This document shows positions 8,891 through 17,850 of a stretch of DNA of 64,000 nt, piece after piece. Position 1 is the first letter of the stretch; each line of letters opens with the position of its first letter. The position numbers were made by a program, and so were the translations under genes. Below the pieces are notes generated by a model. It was given only the letters and a program-made list of their open reading frames with translations. It had not been told where the DNA came from and did no database searches. The stretch covers positions 1 to 64,000 of the forward strand of contig JAEOSZ010000055.1 of the NCBI GenBank assembly GCA_016840095.1, written 5' to 3'. Source of the DNA: Candidatus Heimdallarchaeota archaeon. Lineage in GTDB: Archaea > Asgardarchaeota > Heimdallarchaeia > Heimdallarchaeales > Heimdallarchaeaceae.

Positions 8891-9901
8891 ATGAAAGAAC
8901 TATCTAGTAAATTACAGAAATATCTATCAGATAAAAGTGGGAAAGACAATATCACAGTTGAGAATTTCGAGAAACTCAATTTAGGTTTTGAAACAGAAAA
9001 ATATTCTTTCACTGAGCTTTCTTATGTTGATAAAGAACCAGTTGTAAACAAATTCGTTTTGAGAATGCTTCCTGATATTGATGAATGTTATGGCGCTAAG
9101 AATGAGTTTACTACCATGGATAGACTCTACAAAGAAGGTTTTCCAGTTCCAAGAGTTATTTTGCATGAGGAAGATGAATCTATTTTAGGAAAACCATTCT
9201 TGTTGATGGAATATATTGAGAATAGATGGTTCCCAACAGTAATACTAAAGGCTAGTTCAGATCAACAGATGTATTGGCTGAAGAAATTTACCGAACTATT
9301 AGTTAAACTGCATCAAATAGATTGGAAGAAAATAATAACAGATAAAGCACCAAAAAACATAGATGATCCATTTTTCACAATTGATGTATATCTCACCAAT
9401 TATATCACTGATTGGAAAAAACACGGATTTTCTCTATACAAAACCACACTTGCTTGGCTTAAAGAACAGAGAGAAAATTATCCTGCTAAAAGAGTGGGAT
9501 TTAATCATGGAGATTTTCATTTTGCTAATGTTATTGTCGCAGAGGATGATACATTGTTTCTAATTGATTGGAGCTACTCTAATGTGAGAGATATTCGCAT
9601 GGATATAGCATATTCCTTTTGCGTTTTCCATATGGAAAAACAAGGGGAACTTGGAAAATTGTTCTTAGACTATTATGAAGAACTTTCCGGAGAACCAATG
9701 GGTGATTTAGCCTTCTATGAGGTTCTATCTGCAATTCAACTTATTTTCTTTTGCATAATTTCAATTGAAAAATTAAAGAAAGAAAGCGAGAATTATTTGA
9801 AAGGATTGAAGCACTTCAAATTTTGGTTAGAGAATTTGTACAAATTTCTAGTAGAGAGAACAGAGGTAAGAATCCCAGAAATTGAAGAAATGTTAGGTTA
9901 A
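8891..9901 (+). CDS. Aminoglycoside/choline kinase-like phosphotransferase (APH family)
   Basis: FPVPRV..LGKPFLLMEYI, HGDFHFANV, LIDW. Start taken at MKELSSK (8891). Confidence 0.88.
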   Translation: MKELSSKLQKYLSDKSGKDNITVENFEKLNLGFETEKYSFTELSYVDKEPVVNKFVLRMLPDIDECYGAKNEFTTMDRLYKEGFPVPRVILHEEDESILGKPFLLMEYIENRWFPTVILKASSDQQMYWLKKFTELLVKLHQIDWKKIITDKAPKNIDDPFFTIDVYLTNYITDWKKHGFSLYKTTLAWLKEQRENYPAKRVGFNHGDFHFANVIVAEDDTLFLIDWSYSNVRDIRMDIAYSFCVFHMEKQGELGKLFLDYYEELSGEPMGDLAFYEVLSAIQLIFFCIISIEKLKKESENYLKGLKHFKFWLENLYKFLVERTEVRIPEIEEMLG

Positions 9902-9949
9902 TCTAGAAATATAGTAAAGTAAAGAAAGAGAAGTACAACCTCTCTTTGA

Positions 9950-10699
9950 TTATCTCTTGATGGATGCTAGACCCTCTTTTACACCCGCAGTAGCCCATTT
10001 ATTCCAAGGCAAGGTAAAAAACTTGAAACCTCTATCAATGAAATCATTTGGGTTCTGTCCCCCAGGGATAAAGTACATGCCCGGAACTACTCCAGCATCC
10101 TCACATGCACTAGCAATCTTATCCAAGGTACTCTGATACTTTGGATTAAGATAATCTAAAGGGATACCCAGATTGATCGATAGATCGGATGGTCCAACCA
10201 AGAGAACATCGATTCCGGGGACGCTAAGAATCTCCTCCATGTTTCCCAGAGATTCCATGGTCTCGATCATAGGTATAACTACAAGCTCCTCGTTCACTAT
10301 ATCCATGTACTCTCGATAATTCTCAAAATCTCCCCAATCTCCCCGTTGACCAGCAGAGCTTCTCTTCCCAACGGGTGGATAATTGCACCATTGGACCATA
10401 TCCTCAGCCTCTTTCTTGGTATTAACCATAGGAACGATGATGCCCCTTGCGCCAATGTCTAGTGCATAACAGATTTGATCTTGCCTATTTTCCCCAACCC
10501 GGATAATTGGACTAGCCTTCTTTCCCCTCATATCTTGAAGCAGATGCTGTAGTTCCTTGATTTCAACAGCTGTATGTTGTGTATCAAAGAGGAGGAAATC
10601 AAAACCCACATCTGACAAGAAATCGATTGGAATCTTCAGGGAAGCACTGGTACCTATGGCTGCTTTACCTTTTTTTAATGCGTCTTTGACAGTATTCAT
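9950..10699 (-). CDS. HpcH/HpaI class II aldolase family protein
   Basis: GFDFLLFDTQH, IIRV, LDIGARGIIVPMV, MIET, VGPSDLS. Confidence 0.92.
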   Translation of the reverse strand: MNTVKDALKKGKAAIGTSASLKIPIDFLSDVGFDFLLFDTQHTAVEIKELQHLLQDMRGKKASPIIRVGENRQDQICYALDIGARGIIVPMVNTKKEAEDMVQWCNYPPVGKRSSAGQRGDWGDFENYREYMDIVNEELVVIPMIETMESLGNMEEILSVPGIDVLLVGPSDLSINLGIPLDYLNPKYQSTLDKIASACEDAGVVPGMYFIPGGQNPNDFIDRGFKFFTLPWNKWATAGVKEGLASIKR

Positions 10700-10788
10700 T
10701 TAATATACCTTAAAGGCCTAGTCATGATTTATGTATTATATTCTTTTTCATTATACCTGTTAATATATAACTTTCAATCGTATCTCCT

Positions 10789-10831
10789 AAGTAAGTGAAT
10801 TTTTTTTCACTTAGTTGAATTCAACTTACTT
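10789..10831. promoter_or_regulatory. Nested inverted repeats, candidate operator
   Basis: taagtgaa-N6-ttcactta (10792-10813), perfect palindrome agttgaattcaact (10813-10826), outer aagtaagt/acttactt. Confidence 0.4.
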
Positions 10832-10960
10832 TAGTCCTTAAATACATGAGGTTTTAGTGTATATTAGGTTTAATAAATAAACCTACTTGAAATACTAAAC
10901 TTGGTGGAAAAAATGACACAAAATTCAAGTATAACAAAATTAAAGGAAAGTGAATAAGAA

Positions 10961-11875
10961 ATGGTAAGTATATTTGCAAAAATGTTAATGAAGATGCTAG
11001 CAAAAAATAAAGATCACGTTTTTGTTTTAGATGAAGTTGATGAAACCAGAGATGTCTTTGATAATATGGGGTCGAAGGCTAAACCTGCAAAAGGTGTTAA
11101 TTATGAAGAAATCCAAATAGGGAATATTGCTGCTGAAAAATACTCAAGAAATTCCAAAGAATCAATTTCACGAGTGATATTATATCTACACGGTGGAGGT
11201 TATTTGTTCGGATCTTATGTATCTCATAGAGCATTAGTATCTAAACTTTGTAGGAAATTGAATTCTAATGCATACAGTATAAACTACAGACTTGCTCCTG
11301 AACATCCTTATCCTGCTGGTTTAGATGATGCTTTTTATGCATATAAATGGCTTTTAGAAGAGAAATCCATTCTCCCTGAAAATATAATAATTGCAGGTGA
11401 CTCTGCTGGAGGAGGTTTAGCTTTTGCATTGCTTGTTCGAATTGGGAAACAAAATTTACCTCAACCTAAAGCAGCTATAACTTTGTCTCCCTGGACTGAT
11501 CTAACATTAACAAGTGATTCTTTTAAGACAAAAAGGGAAGAAGATCCATTCTTCAATTATAAGAACATAGAAACTGGTGCTTTAGTATATCTAGGATCCG
11601 AGTCTCCAGAAAATCCCGAGATTTCACCTTTATATGCTGATTACAAAGGATGGCCTAGTATATTTATACAAGTAGGAACTAGAGAGTTATGTTTAGACGA
11701 TTCTCTAAATATAGCAGAGAAAATGAAAAAACAAGGGGTAGCTGTAACTCTGGATGTTTGGGAAGGAATGTTTCATGCATTTCTATTCTTAAGTACAATA
11801 CCCATTATTGGTAAATTGATTCCAGAATTTAAACGAGCTATGAAAAATATACAGACTTTTGTAGATAGTCTTTGA
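10961..11875 (+). CDS. Alpha/beta hydrolase, HSL family (esterase/lipase)
   Basis: HGGG oxyanion motif, YRLAPEHPYPA, GDSAGG nucleophile, MFH. Confidence 0.95.
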   Translation: MVSIFAKMLMKMLAKNKDHVFVLDEVDETRDVFDNMGSKAKPAKGVNYEEIQIGNIAAEKYSRNSKESISRVILYLHGGGYLFGSYVSHRALVSKLCRKLNSNAYSINYRLAPEHPYPAGLDDAFYAYKWLLEEKSILPENIIIAGDSAGGGLAFALLVRIGKQNLPQPKAAITLSPWTDLTLTSDSFKTKREEDPFFNYKNIETGALVYLGSESPENPEISPLYADYKGWPSIFIQVGTRELCLDDSLNIAEKMKKQGVAVTLDVWEGMFHAFLFLSTIPIIGKLIPEFKRAMKNIQTFVDSL

Positions 11876-11917
11876 AAAGAGGAAGATAATTAAATAACAA
11901 AATCGAGTTGAGACAAT

Positions 11918-12382
11918 ATGGAAGAGGAATTTAGCACTATCTGGAAAGAAGTGAATGAACTCATACCTAAGATGCGTGAAGCAGTTAGGAAAGGATTAGA
12001 GAAGGATTTTGAGACTTTTGTACATGATGATGCTCATATACAAAAAGAGCTCCTCTTTCTTAACAATGCATTGAGTTTCCTACAGAAGAAATGGACAATG
12101 GATTTAATATATATCATCAGGATGAAAGGCAAACCATTTTTCAATGACATTCGACGAGCTATTCCTGATTTAAATTCTCGTACTTTAACAACTCGTTTGA
12201 AAGAGTTTGAAAATAATCACATAGTTATTCGAACAGTGAATAGTACTCAACCAATTCGAGTTAGTTATGAATTGACAGATACAGGAAATGGCATTTACGA
12301 ATTATTATTGCCATTACTCTTTTTCTTTTCTGGTGCAAAATATCAATTAGAACAAAAAGAGAATCAGACTGAATCTAAATAG
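11918..12382 (+). CDS. HxlR-family winged-helix transcriptional regulator
   Basis: KKWTMDLI, FNDIRRAIP.LNSRTLTTRLKE, PIRVSYELTDTG. Confidence 0.9.
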   Translation: MEEEFSTIWKEVNELIPKMREAVRKGLEKDFETFVHDDAHIQKELLFLNNALSFLQKKWTMDLIYIIRMKGKPFFNDIRRAIPDLNSRTLTTRLKEFENNHIVIRTVNSTQPIRVSYELTDTGNGIYELLLPLLFFFSGAKYQLEQKENQTESK

Positions 12383-12392
12383 ATTCTATAGC

Positions 12393-12710
12393 TTATTCTA
12401 ATCTAGATGCTTTAACTTCATAATGTTGGGATTTTTCATCAAAGCGTGAAAGTAATGCTCTTGCTTTTAGAGGAACAACGGCTACCTCATAATCTTCTCC
12501 GGCAAATGTTTGAACATCTTCTATTGAATCAAACCACATTATTGTAATGAATTCCTCCTCATCACCAATCTTTCGACGTAAAAGATGAATTCCTTTAAAA
12601 CCTTCAATTTTGAGGTTTTCAATACCTAAGAATATTTCACTTCTGAGAAGTGATTCGTAATCATCAGCATTATTAAGTGTAGTCCACCCATGCCATATTC
12701 TACTAATCAT
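12393..12710 (-). CDS. Antibiotic biosynthesis monooxygenase-like (dimeric alpha-beta barrel) protein
   Basis: ISRIWHGWT...EFITIMWFDS...FAGEDYEVAVVP...HYEV. Confidence 0.85.
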   Translation of the reverse strand: MISRIWHGWTTLNNADDYESLLRSEIFLGIENLKIEGFKGIHLLRRKIGDEEEFITIMWFDSIEDVQTFAGEDYEVAVVPLKARALLSRFDEKSQHYEVKASRLE

Positions 12711-12815
12711 TGTTAGTTCCTTCTTATCGTGTTCTAATCTGTAACATCTTTATATTTTTTCATAAACTATAACATCTCAAATAATCTTAAGAATTAAATC
12801 AACGTTAACATCCTA

Positions 12816-13340
12816 ATGAACATAAAGATTTCAGATACAGAGAAACAACAAACCATATTGATAACCTATTATACACGGACAGGTAATACTGAGAAATTTG
12901 CAGACCAGATTAAACAACTAGTTGGAGGAGATCTTTTCAGAATTGAAGAAGTTGATAAATATCCTCCTAGTTATCAGGATGTACTTAAAGTAAGTAAAGT
13001 AGAGATTCAAAATCAATACAAACCACCTATTAGACGTTCAGTTGAAAATATAGATCAATATGATATTATCTTTGTTGGCACACCTAATTGGTATGGAACT
13101 ATAGCTCCACCTGTTTTAACATTTCTATCAATACATGATTTAACAAACAAGACCATTATTCCTTTTGCAACTCATGGAGGTGGAGGAGAGCAGCGATGTT
13201 TATCAGATATCAGTAAAAACAGCTCTCAATCAAAAGTCTTAGATGGAATTGTACTCTATGGTTCACAAGCTGAGTCTTTTAACAATAAGATATTTGAGTG
13301 GTTAAAAGAATTACAAATATTCGATAACACACTTATCTAA
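12816..13340 (+). CDS. Flavodoxin
   Basis: YYTRTGNT FMN loop, YDIIFVGTPNWYG, PFATHGGGG. Confidence 0.92.
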   Translation: MNIKISDTEKQQTILITYYTRTGNTEKFADQIKQLVGGDLFRIEEVDKYPPSYQDVLKVSKVEIQNQYKPPIRRSVENIDQYDIIFVGTPNWYGTIAPPVLTFLSIHDLTNKTIIPFATHGGGGEQRCLSDISKNSSQSKVLDGIVLYGSQAESFNNKIFEWLKELQIFDNTLI

Positions 13341-13395
13341 TATACAGAAGCCCTTTTGCCGTTTTGAGGATTTAATAACGTGAATACTTCTATTC

Positions 13396-13617
13396 TTAAC
13401 TATTTCTCAAAATTTCAACTTCCTCAGCTCCAATTAATAACATGAATCCAAAGAGAAGTCCTTCAGTAACTTCGAAAAAAGTTGTGACATCTGTATTATG
13501 GAATCTAGCTCCAATTGCTATTATAACTGCAGTAACAATCATTAGTGATAGAGTAACTAAAAATAGCTTCAGAATCCATTTTTGTTCAGTTTTGATATCT
13601 GCGAAACCTACTGGCAT
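13396..13617 (-). CDS. Small two-TM membrane protein
   Basis: Two hydrophobic segments; ATG at 13617 (MPVGF). Confidence 0.55.
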   Translation of the reverse strand: MPVGFADIKTEQKWILKLFLVTLSLMIVTAVIIAIGARFHNTDVTTFFEVTEGLLFGFMLLIGAEEVEILRNS

Positions 13618-13670
13618 AATAATCAATCAAAAATTGATTAGTTATTTTTAATTTTATCTGTAAGTTAATC

Positions 13671-13790
13671 TAAATAATTATAATTTTACGTTTATACTTA
13701 TAAGAATAACTAAATAATAATACCTTTATATTGATACTTATAGATTCTTCTTAATAATTATAGATTAGAGCTGATAAGTATAGGTATATT
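13671..13790. repeat. Degenerate tandem array, 6 x 20 bp (3 x 40 bp)
   Basis: Core ATA(A/C)TTATA-like motifs at 13674, 13694, 13714, 13734, 13754 and 13774. Confidence 0.7.
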
Positions 13791-13885
13791 ACTATTTATA
13801 CCAGATAATATAGAATGGTTGTTAAGTTCAAGAAGTGACTTAGTTTTCACATAAGATTAATAAAGCATATAGTTTTCGAATATTC

Positions 13886-15001
13886 ATGCTTGAAGATTTT
13901 CTCTCTTCTCATTCATCACAAGAAAAAATAGTTGAAATTTTGATTGAACCTGAAATAATCCACCTTGTAGAAGAGAAGGATTCATTGTTTCTAAATTTTG
14001 ATTTTATGATCCAAGGTCTCGCTGAAAGAAATCTTATAATCAGATTCATCAAAGTAGCTGTTTATGATAAACAAGACAAGCTGATTACTTTCAAACATTT
14101 GAATCATAATGGTGTAGGTAACCCTAGTATGCATACTCTTGGAGAATATACATTAGAGGGTAAAAAAACATTGGATGTTTTCAATCCATTTTATCGTTTT
14201 CCAAAGGATACCCCAATAGAGTATTTACGCTATATGTTTACTTTCATAGACCAAAACAGTGAAGAAGAGTTTTACTACGGGAATGTAATAGTTAAACCAG
14301 TGAGATATGAACAAAAAGTGAAGCTCTCCTTACCTCTAAGAGGTAAACTTGTAATTCTAGATGGTTTTGATTTCTACTCTCATCACAGAAGAATTGCTAT
14401 TAGTTTACTTAGAGAATTTACTAAAGGAGCTTTCAAAACCAATTTCAACAGATATGGTATGGATTTCTCAGTTCTAGGTGAAGATAACAATTTGAGAAGT
14501 ATGACTGAGGATGAGAAAGACAATAACTATGATTTCCATTTTACTGATATTAAGAAGTTCTATACTCATGAAGCTATAGTCTATGCTCCTGCTCCAGGAG
14601 AGATAGTAGAAGTTGTTGATGATTTGGAAGATTTATATGATGAACCATTCGATTTTACTACTGCAATGGGAGAAAAGAGAGTCAAAGAAGTAGCTGGAAA
14701 TTACATCGTGATTAAACATAATGAAAGAGAATACAGTCATCTATATCATCTACTTAAAGGAAGCTGCAAGGTCAAAGTAGGTGATCATGTAAAAAGAGAA
14801 CAAGAGATAGCAAAAGTAGGTTTTTCAGGTGCCTCTAATGTATATTCACACTTACATTATCAATTTCTAAATGGAAGTGATATGTTAACTGCTAAGGAAC
14901 TACCTGTTAAATTCTCAAATGTTTTACTTTGGCAAGGTTCTGAAAAGAAATTGTATGAAGAACTTGTCATCAATACAGGAGATATATTTCAAAATGGATA
15001 A
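13886..15001 (+). CDS. M23 family metallopeptidase
   Basis: RYGMDF, VYAPAPGEIV, AGNYIVIKH, YSHLYHL..GS..VKVGDHV, VGFSGAS..SHLHYQ. Confidence 0.9.
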   Translation: MLEDFLSSHSSQEKIVEILIEPEIIHLVEEKDSLFLNFDFMIQGLAERNLIIRFIKVAVYDKQDKLITFKHLNHNGVGNPSMHTLGEYTLEGKKTLDVFNPFYRFPKDTPIEYLRYMFTFIDQNSEEEFYYGNVIVKPVRYEQKVKLSLPLRGKLVILDGFDFYSHHRRIAISLLREFTKGAFKTNFNRYGMDFSVLGEDNNLRSMTEDEKDNNYDFHFTDIKKFYTHEAIVYAPAPGEIVEVVDDLEDLYDEPFDFTTAMGEKRVKEVAGNYIVIKHNEREYSHLYHLLKGSCKVKVGDHVKREQEIAKVGFSGASNVYSHLHYQFLNGSDMLTAKELPVKFSNVLLWQGSEKKLYEELVINTGDIFQNG

Positions 15002-15025
15002 AAAAAATGTAATAGCAAAGTTCAA

Positions 15026-16282
15026 CTAGACCATTTTGATATTTTCAAATTTCTCCTCATCTTTCAAACTTGTAATATGATTATAATCCCAATAAGGAGA
15101 TTGATTGCAAAAGTCTTCTATCCACTTTTCATCAAAAGATTCATTGATTTCAACTTTTCTTTGCTTTTTATCGATTAATGTTAATCTTTTTGCATGTTTG
15201 AGATTTCCTATTTCAGTGACAGCAATTAGAATATTTGCTAAACATATTGTCCAAATTCCTAGACCTATGAGAATTACTACTACAGCTAAAATCCAATAAC
15301 CCCAACTTGAAGTAATAGCAAACCACAATGAAAGTGCAACTACACCTCCCATTAGAATAAAATTAAATATGTTTCTTATAATTTTTATATTCGATTTCCT
15401 TTTACTAAACTTACCATATTGAAAAATTAATGCATGAATTAAATGTTTAAGTAAAGATGGATGGACATGTTTACTTTCTATAAGATTAAGGAAATTACTC
15501 TCCCTAAGTTGTTCATAGTCCTGTATTTCTTGTTTCGTATATTCATAGAAAATTTTTATTCTCTGACCTTTAATGTTTACTTGACTTTGATCTGTAGTTG
15601 TACCAGCTGCAGTTTTAAGAGTCTTTTCAATTCCTACTAGAAGAAGTAAGAAGGTCTTAGAATGCTCTTTATCCCCTGTAACACTTTCATGAGAAACATT
15701 ATATTCCTCAACAAGCTTTTGCAATGCCTTCGAATCTTCTAAATCTTGAATGTGTCTTTGGAGACCTCTCTGAGTTTCTAAATCATTTCCTATATATGCA
15801 GTTATTGTACTTAATTTATTATAATGTAAAATTAGAGAAACTGATTCTTCTTCAGGATAAAATCCTTCTCTATTCCAATCAGCATATATCTTGATTGTTC
15901 TTCCTTCAAGTTCTTGATTCTGACAGAGAACTAGAAACTTGAGCGCAATAGCATTTGACCTAAGTTTATCACTTATTGGAATGATTGCTAACCTGATATC
16001 CTCAAAATCTATCCATACAAATTTGTCCATTGTTTTTTGATTGAATTCTGCATCTTGTTCATATACTCTGTTTACAAGAAAATCGTTTACAATTAAGAAT
16101 TCATTAGTTTGATCCTTTAACTCAGAATTAAGAACAACTCTCAATTGTTCATCTAAGTGTATAGCTACAACAGGGAGAATCTTAATCTTATTTTCTCCTT
16201 CTATTCTTTTTCTCTCCTCTAGTTCTCTAGTTCTCTCTTTTCTTTCTTGTCTCCTTATCATCCATCTAGAAGTTGCGGCCAT
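15026..16282 (-). CDS. Hypothetical membrane protein (two TM near C-terminus)
   Basis: Long ORF with charged N-terminus and TM hairpin. Start at MAATSR (16282). Confidence 0.7.
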   Translation of the reverse strand: MAATSRWMIRRQERKERTRELEERKRIEGENKIKILPVVAIHLDEQLRVVLNSELKDQTNEFLIVNDFLVNRVYEQDAEFNQKTMDKFVWIDFEDIRLAIIPISDKLRSNAIALKFLVLCQNQELEGRTIKIYADWNREGFYPEEESVSLILHYNKLSTITAYIGNDLETQRGLQRHIQDLEDSKALQKLVEEYNVSHESVTGDKEHSKTFLLLLVGIEKTLKTAAGTTTDQSQVNIKGQRIKIFYEYTKQEIQDYEQLRESNFLNLIESKHVHPSLLKHLIHALIFQYGKFSKRKSNIKIIRNIFNFILMGGVVALSLWFAITSSWGYWILAVVVILIGLGIWTICLANILIAVTEIGNLKHAKRLTLIDKKQRKVEINESFDEKWIEDFCNQSPYWDYNHITSLKDEEKFENIKMV

Positions 16283-16409
16283 TTTGTTATCAACTAACTG
16301 GAGAATATTTAAGTATTCTTTAAGATATTTTATCAACTCACTTCATTTAGAGAGACATTTAGTTACAAACAAGAAGGAGTGGTTATTTCTATCTTTAAAT
16401 TGAAAGAAA

Positions 16410-17726
16410 TTATTCAAGCTTAATCCAGTCTTTTTGGAGTTCTAACATTTCATCTAAAAATTGATTTATTAAATGCTTTCTTGGAAAGTTTGAATCAGCT
16501 TGAAGTGCTTGTACAGCGTAATCTCTTGAATTATTGAGTATGGCTTTAACAACAAGATCTTGTACATTAGCTTCTTCTCTAAGCAGATCAACTAGAGGTT
16601 CTGGATACTCTCCAAGGGGGATACCTCTTAAACCTGATTTATTAACAATTGCTGGACATTCTATTATAAGATCTTCAGGTAAATTAGTAATTATTCCTTT
16701 ATTTGGTAAATTAACTGATATCTCTTGATGGTTACTATCTGAAATTATACCTTCTATAATAGGAACTGCACGTTCATGATCAGGTTTCACTAGTTTGTAG
16801 CTCTTGTTTCTCCTAATCAATCTTTTAATTCTTCTCCAATTGAAGTTGATATACATTCTATAAATATTGAAGAAATTCTTTACACCTCTCATATTAGAGA
16901 CTTCTCTAGCCCAACCTATATACTCACCATAATGAGAATCATTAGTATAGGGAAGATAACCAAAGTGTTCTAGAATATAAAGAGTTAAGCCAACAGGATG
17001 TAAGAGTCTTGATGGTATACTCCATCTCCATCTTCTTAGGAACTTAACACCTCTTTGATGAATCTTAGGAATTAAATCTTCATTTGTGTCTTTGTGCCTT
17101 GCTTTAATAATTGCTCCCATATGATTTAATCCTCCACACCATAAATCTAGTTTTTCAAAAGGAACTTTCAGTATTTTTGGAAGAAGATGTTCAGCTAAAG
17201 CTATCTCATGACAAAGACCAATAATTTTGAGATTGGGGAATTTTCTATTCACTGCTAAAAGGATTCTATGCATAGGATTTGAATAATTAATGAATGTAGC
17301 ATCAGGACAGATTTCGTTGATATCTTCACAGATATCTAGAATTGGAGGTACTACTCTAAGTGAATGAAACATCCCTCCAGGTCCTCCATTTTCTCCAAAC
17401 ACTTGAGGACTATGATATTTCCATGGAATTTTCTTATCTAAATCCCACCAATAAAACCTTGGACCTACTTCTATTGAGTTCACAATGAAGTTTGCATCTT
17501 TCAAAGCTTCTTTGCGATCTGTAGTAGCTTCTACAGTGAAATTTAGATTATTTCGATCAATTTTAGCTTGACAAGCTTCTTGTGCATATTCTAGGTTTAT
17601 AGCGTTGATATCATGTAAACTTACTGTTGCACCTTCTAATACTTTCGAAGCAAAAATACTTCCGCAGGTACCTAATCCGAATTGTAAGCTTCCAGCACCA
17701 ATGATTACAATCTTTGTAGATGCCAT
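16410..17726 (-). CDS. Glycoside hydrolase family 4 (NAD+/Mn2+-dependent alpha-galactosidase/glucosidase)
   Basis: KIVIIGAGS Rossmann motif, GENGPGG, INYSNP, GLCH, GLNH. True start MASTK at 17726. Confidence 0.92.
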   Translation of the reverse strand: MASTKIVIIGAGSLQFGLGTCGSIFASKVLEGATVSLHDINAINLEYAQEACQAKIDRNNLNFTVEATTDRKEALKDANFIVNSIEVGPRFYWWDLDKKIPWKYHSPQVFGENGGPGGMFHSLRVVPPILDICEDINEICPDATFINYSNPMHRILLAVNRKFPNLKIIGLCHEIALAEHLLPKILKVPFEKLDLWCGGLNHMGAIIKARHKDTNEDLIPKIHQRGVKFLRRWRWSIPSRLLHPVGLTLYILEHFGYLPYTNDSHYGEYIGWAREVSNMRGVKNFFNIYRMYINFNWRRIKRLIRRNKSYKLVKPDHERAVPIIEGIISDSNHQEISVNLPNKGIITNLPEDLIIECPAIVNKSGLRGIPLGEYPEPLVDLLREEANVQDLVVKAILNNSRDYAVQALQADSNFPRKHLINQFLDEMLELQKDWIKLE

Positions 17727-17850
17727 TTTGTGTTTCAAATATTTATAATAATAAAATCTTGTGCAATATACTCTCATAGAAGATTTATTGAACTCTCTTC
17801 TCACTTCCTTTCTTGGGGAAAAAATTATATTTGAGTACAGTTTATCATCA

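Noticed and set aside
13671-13790. CRISPR array interpretation of the 20-bp repeats
   Set aside because: Period far too short, repeats degenerate, no cas genes in the window.
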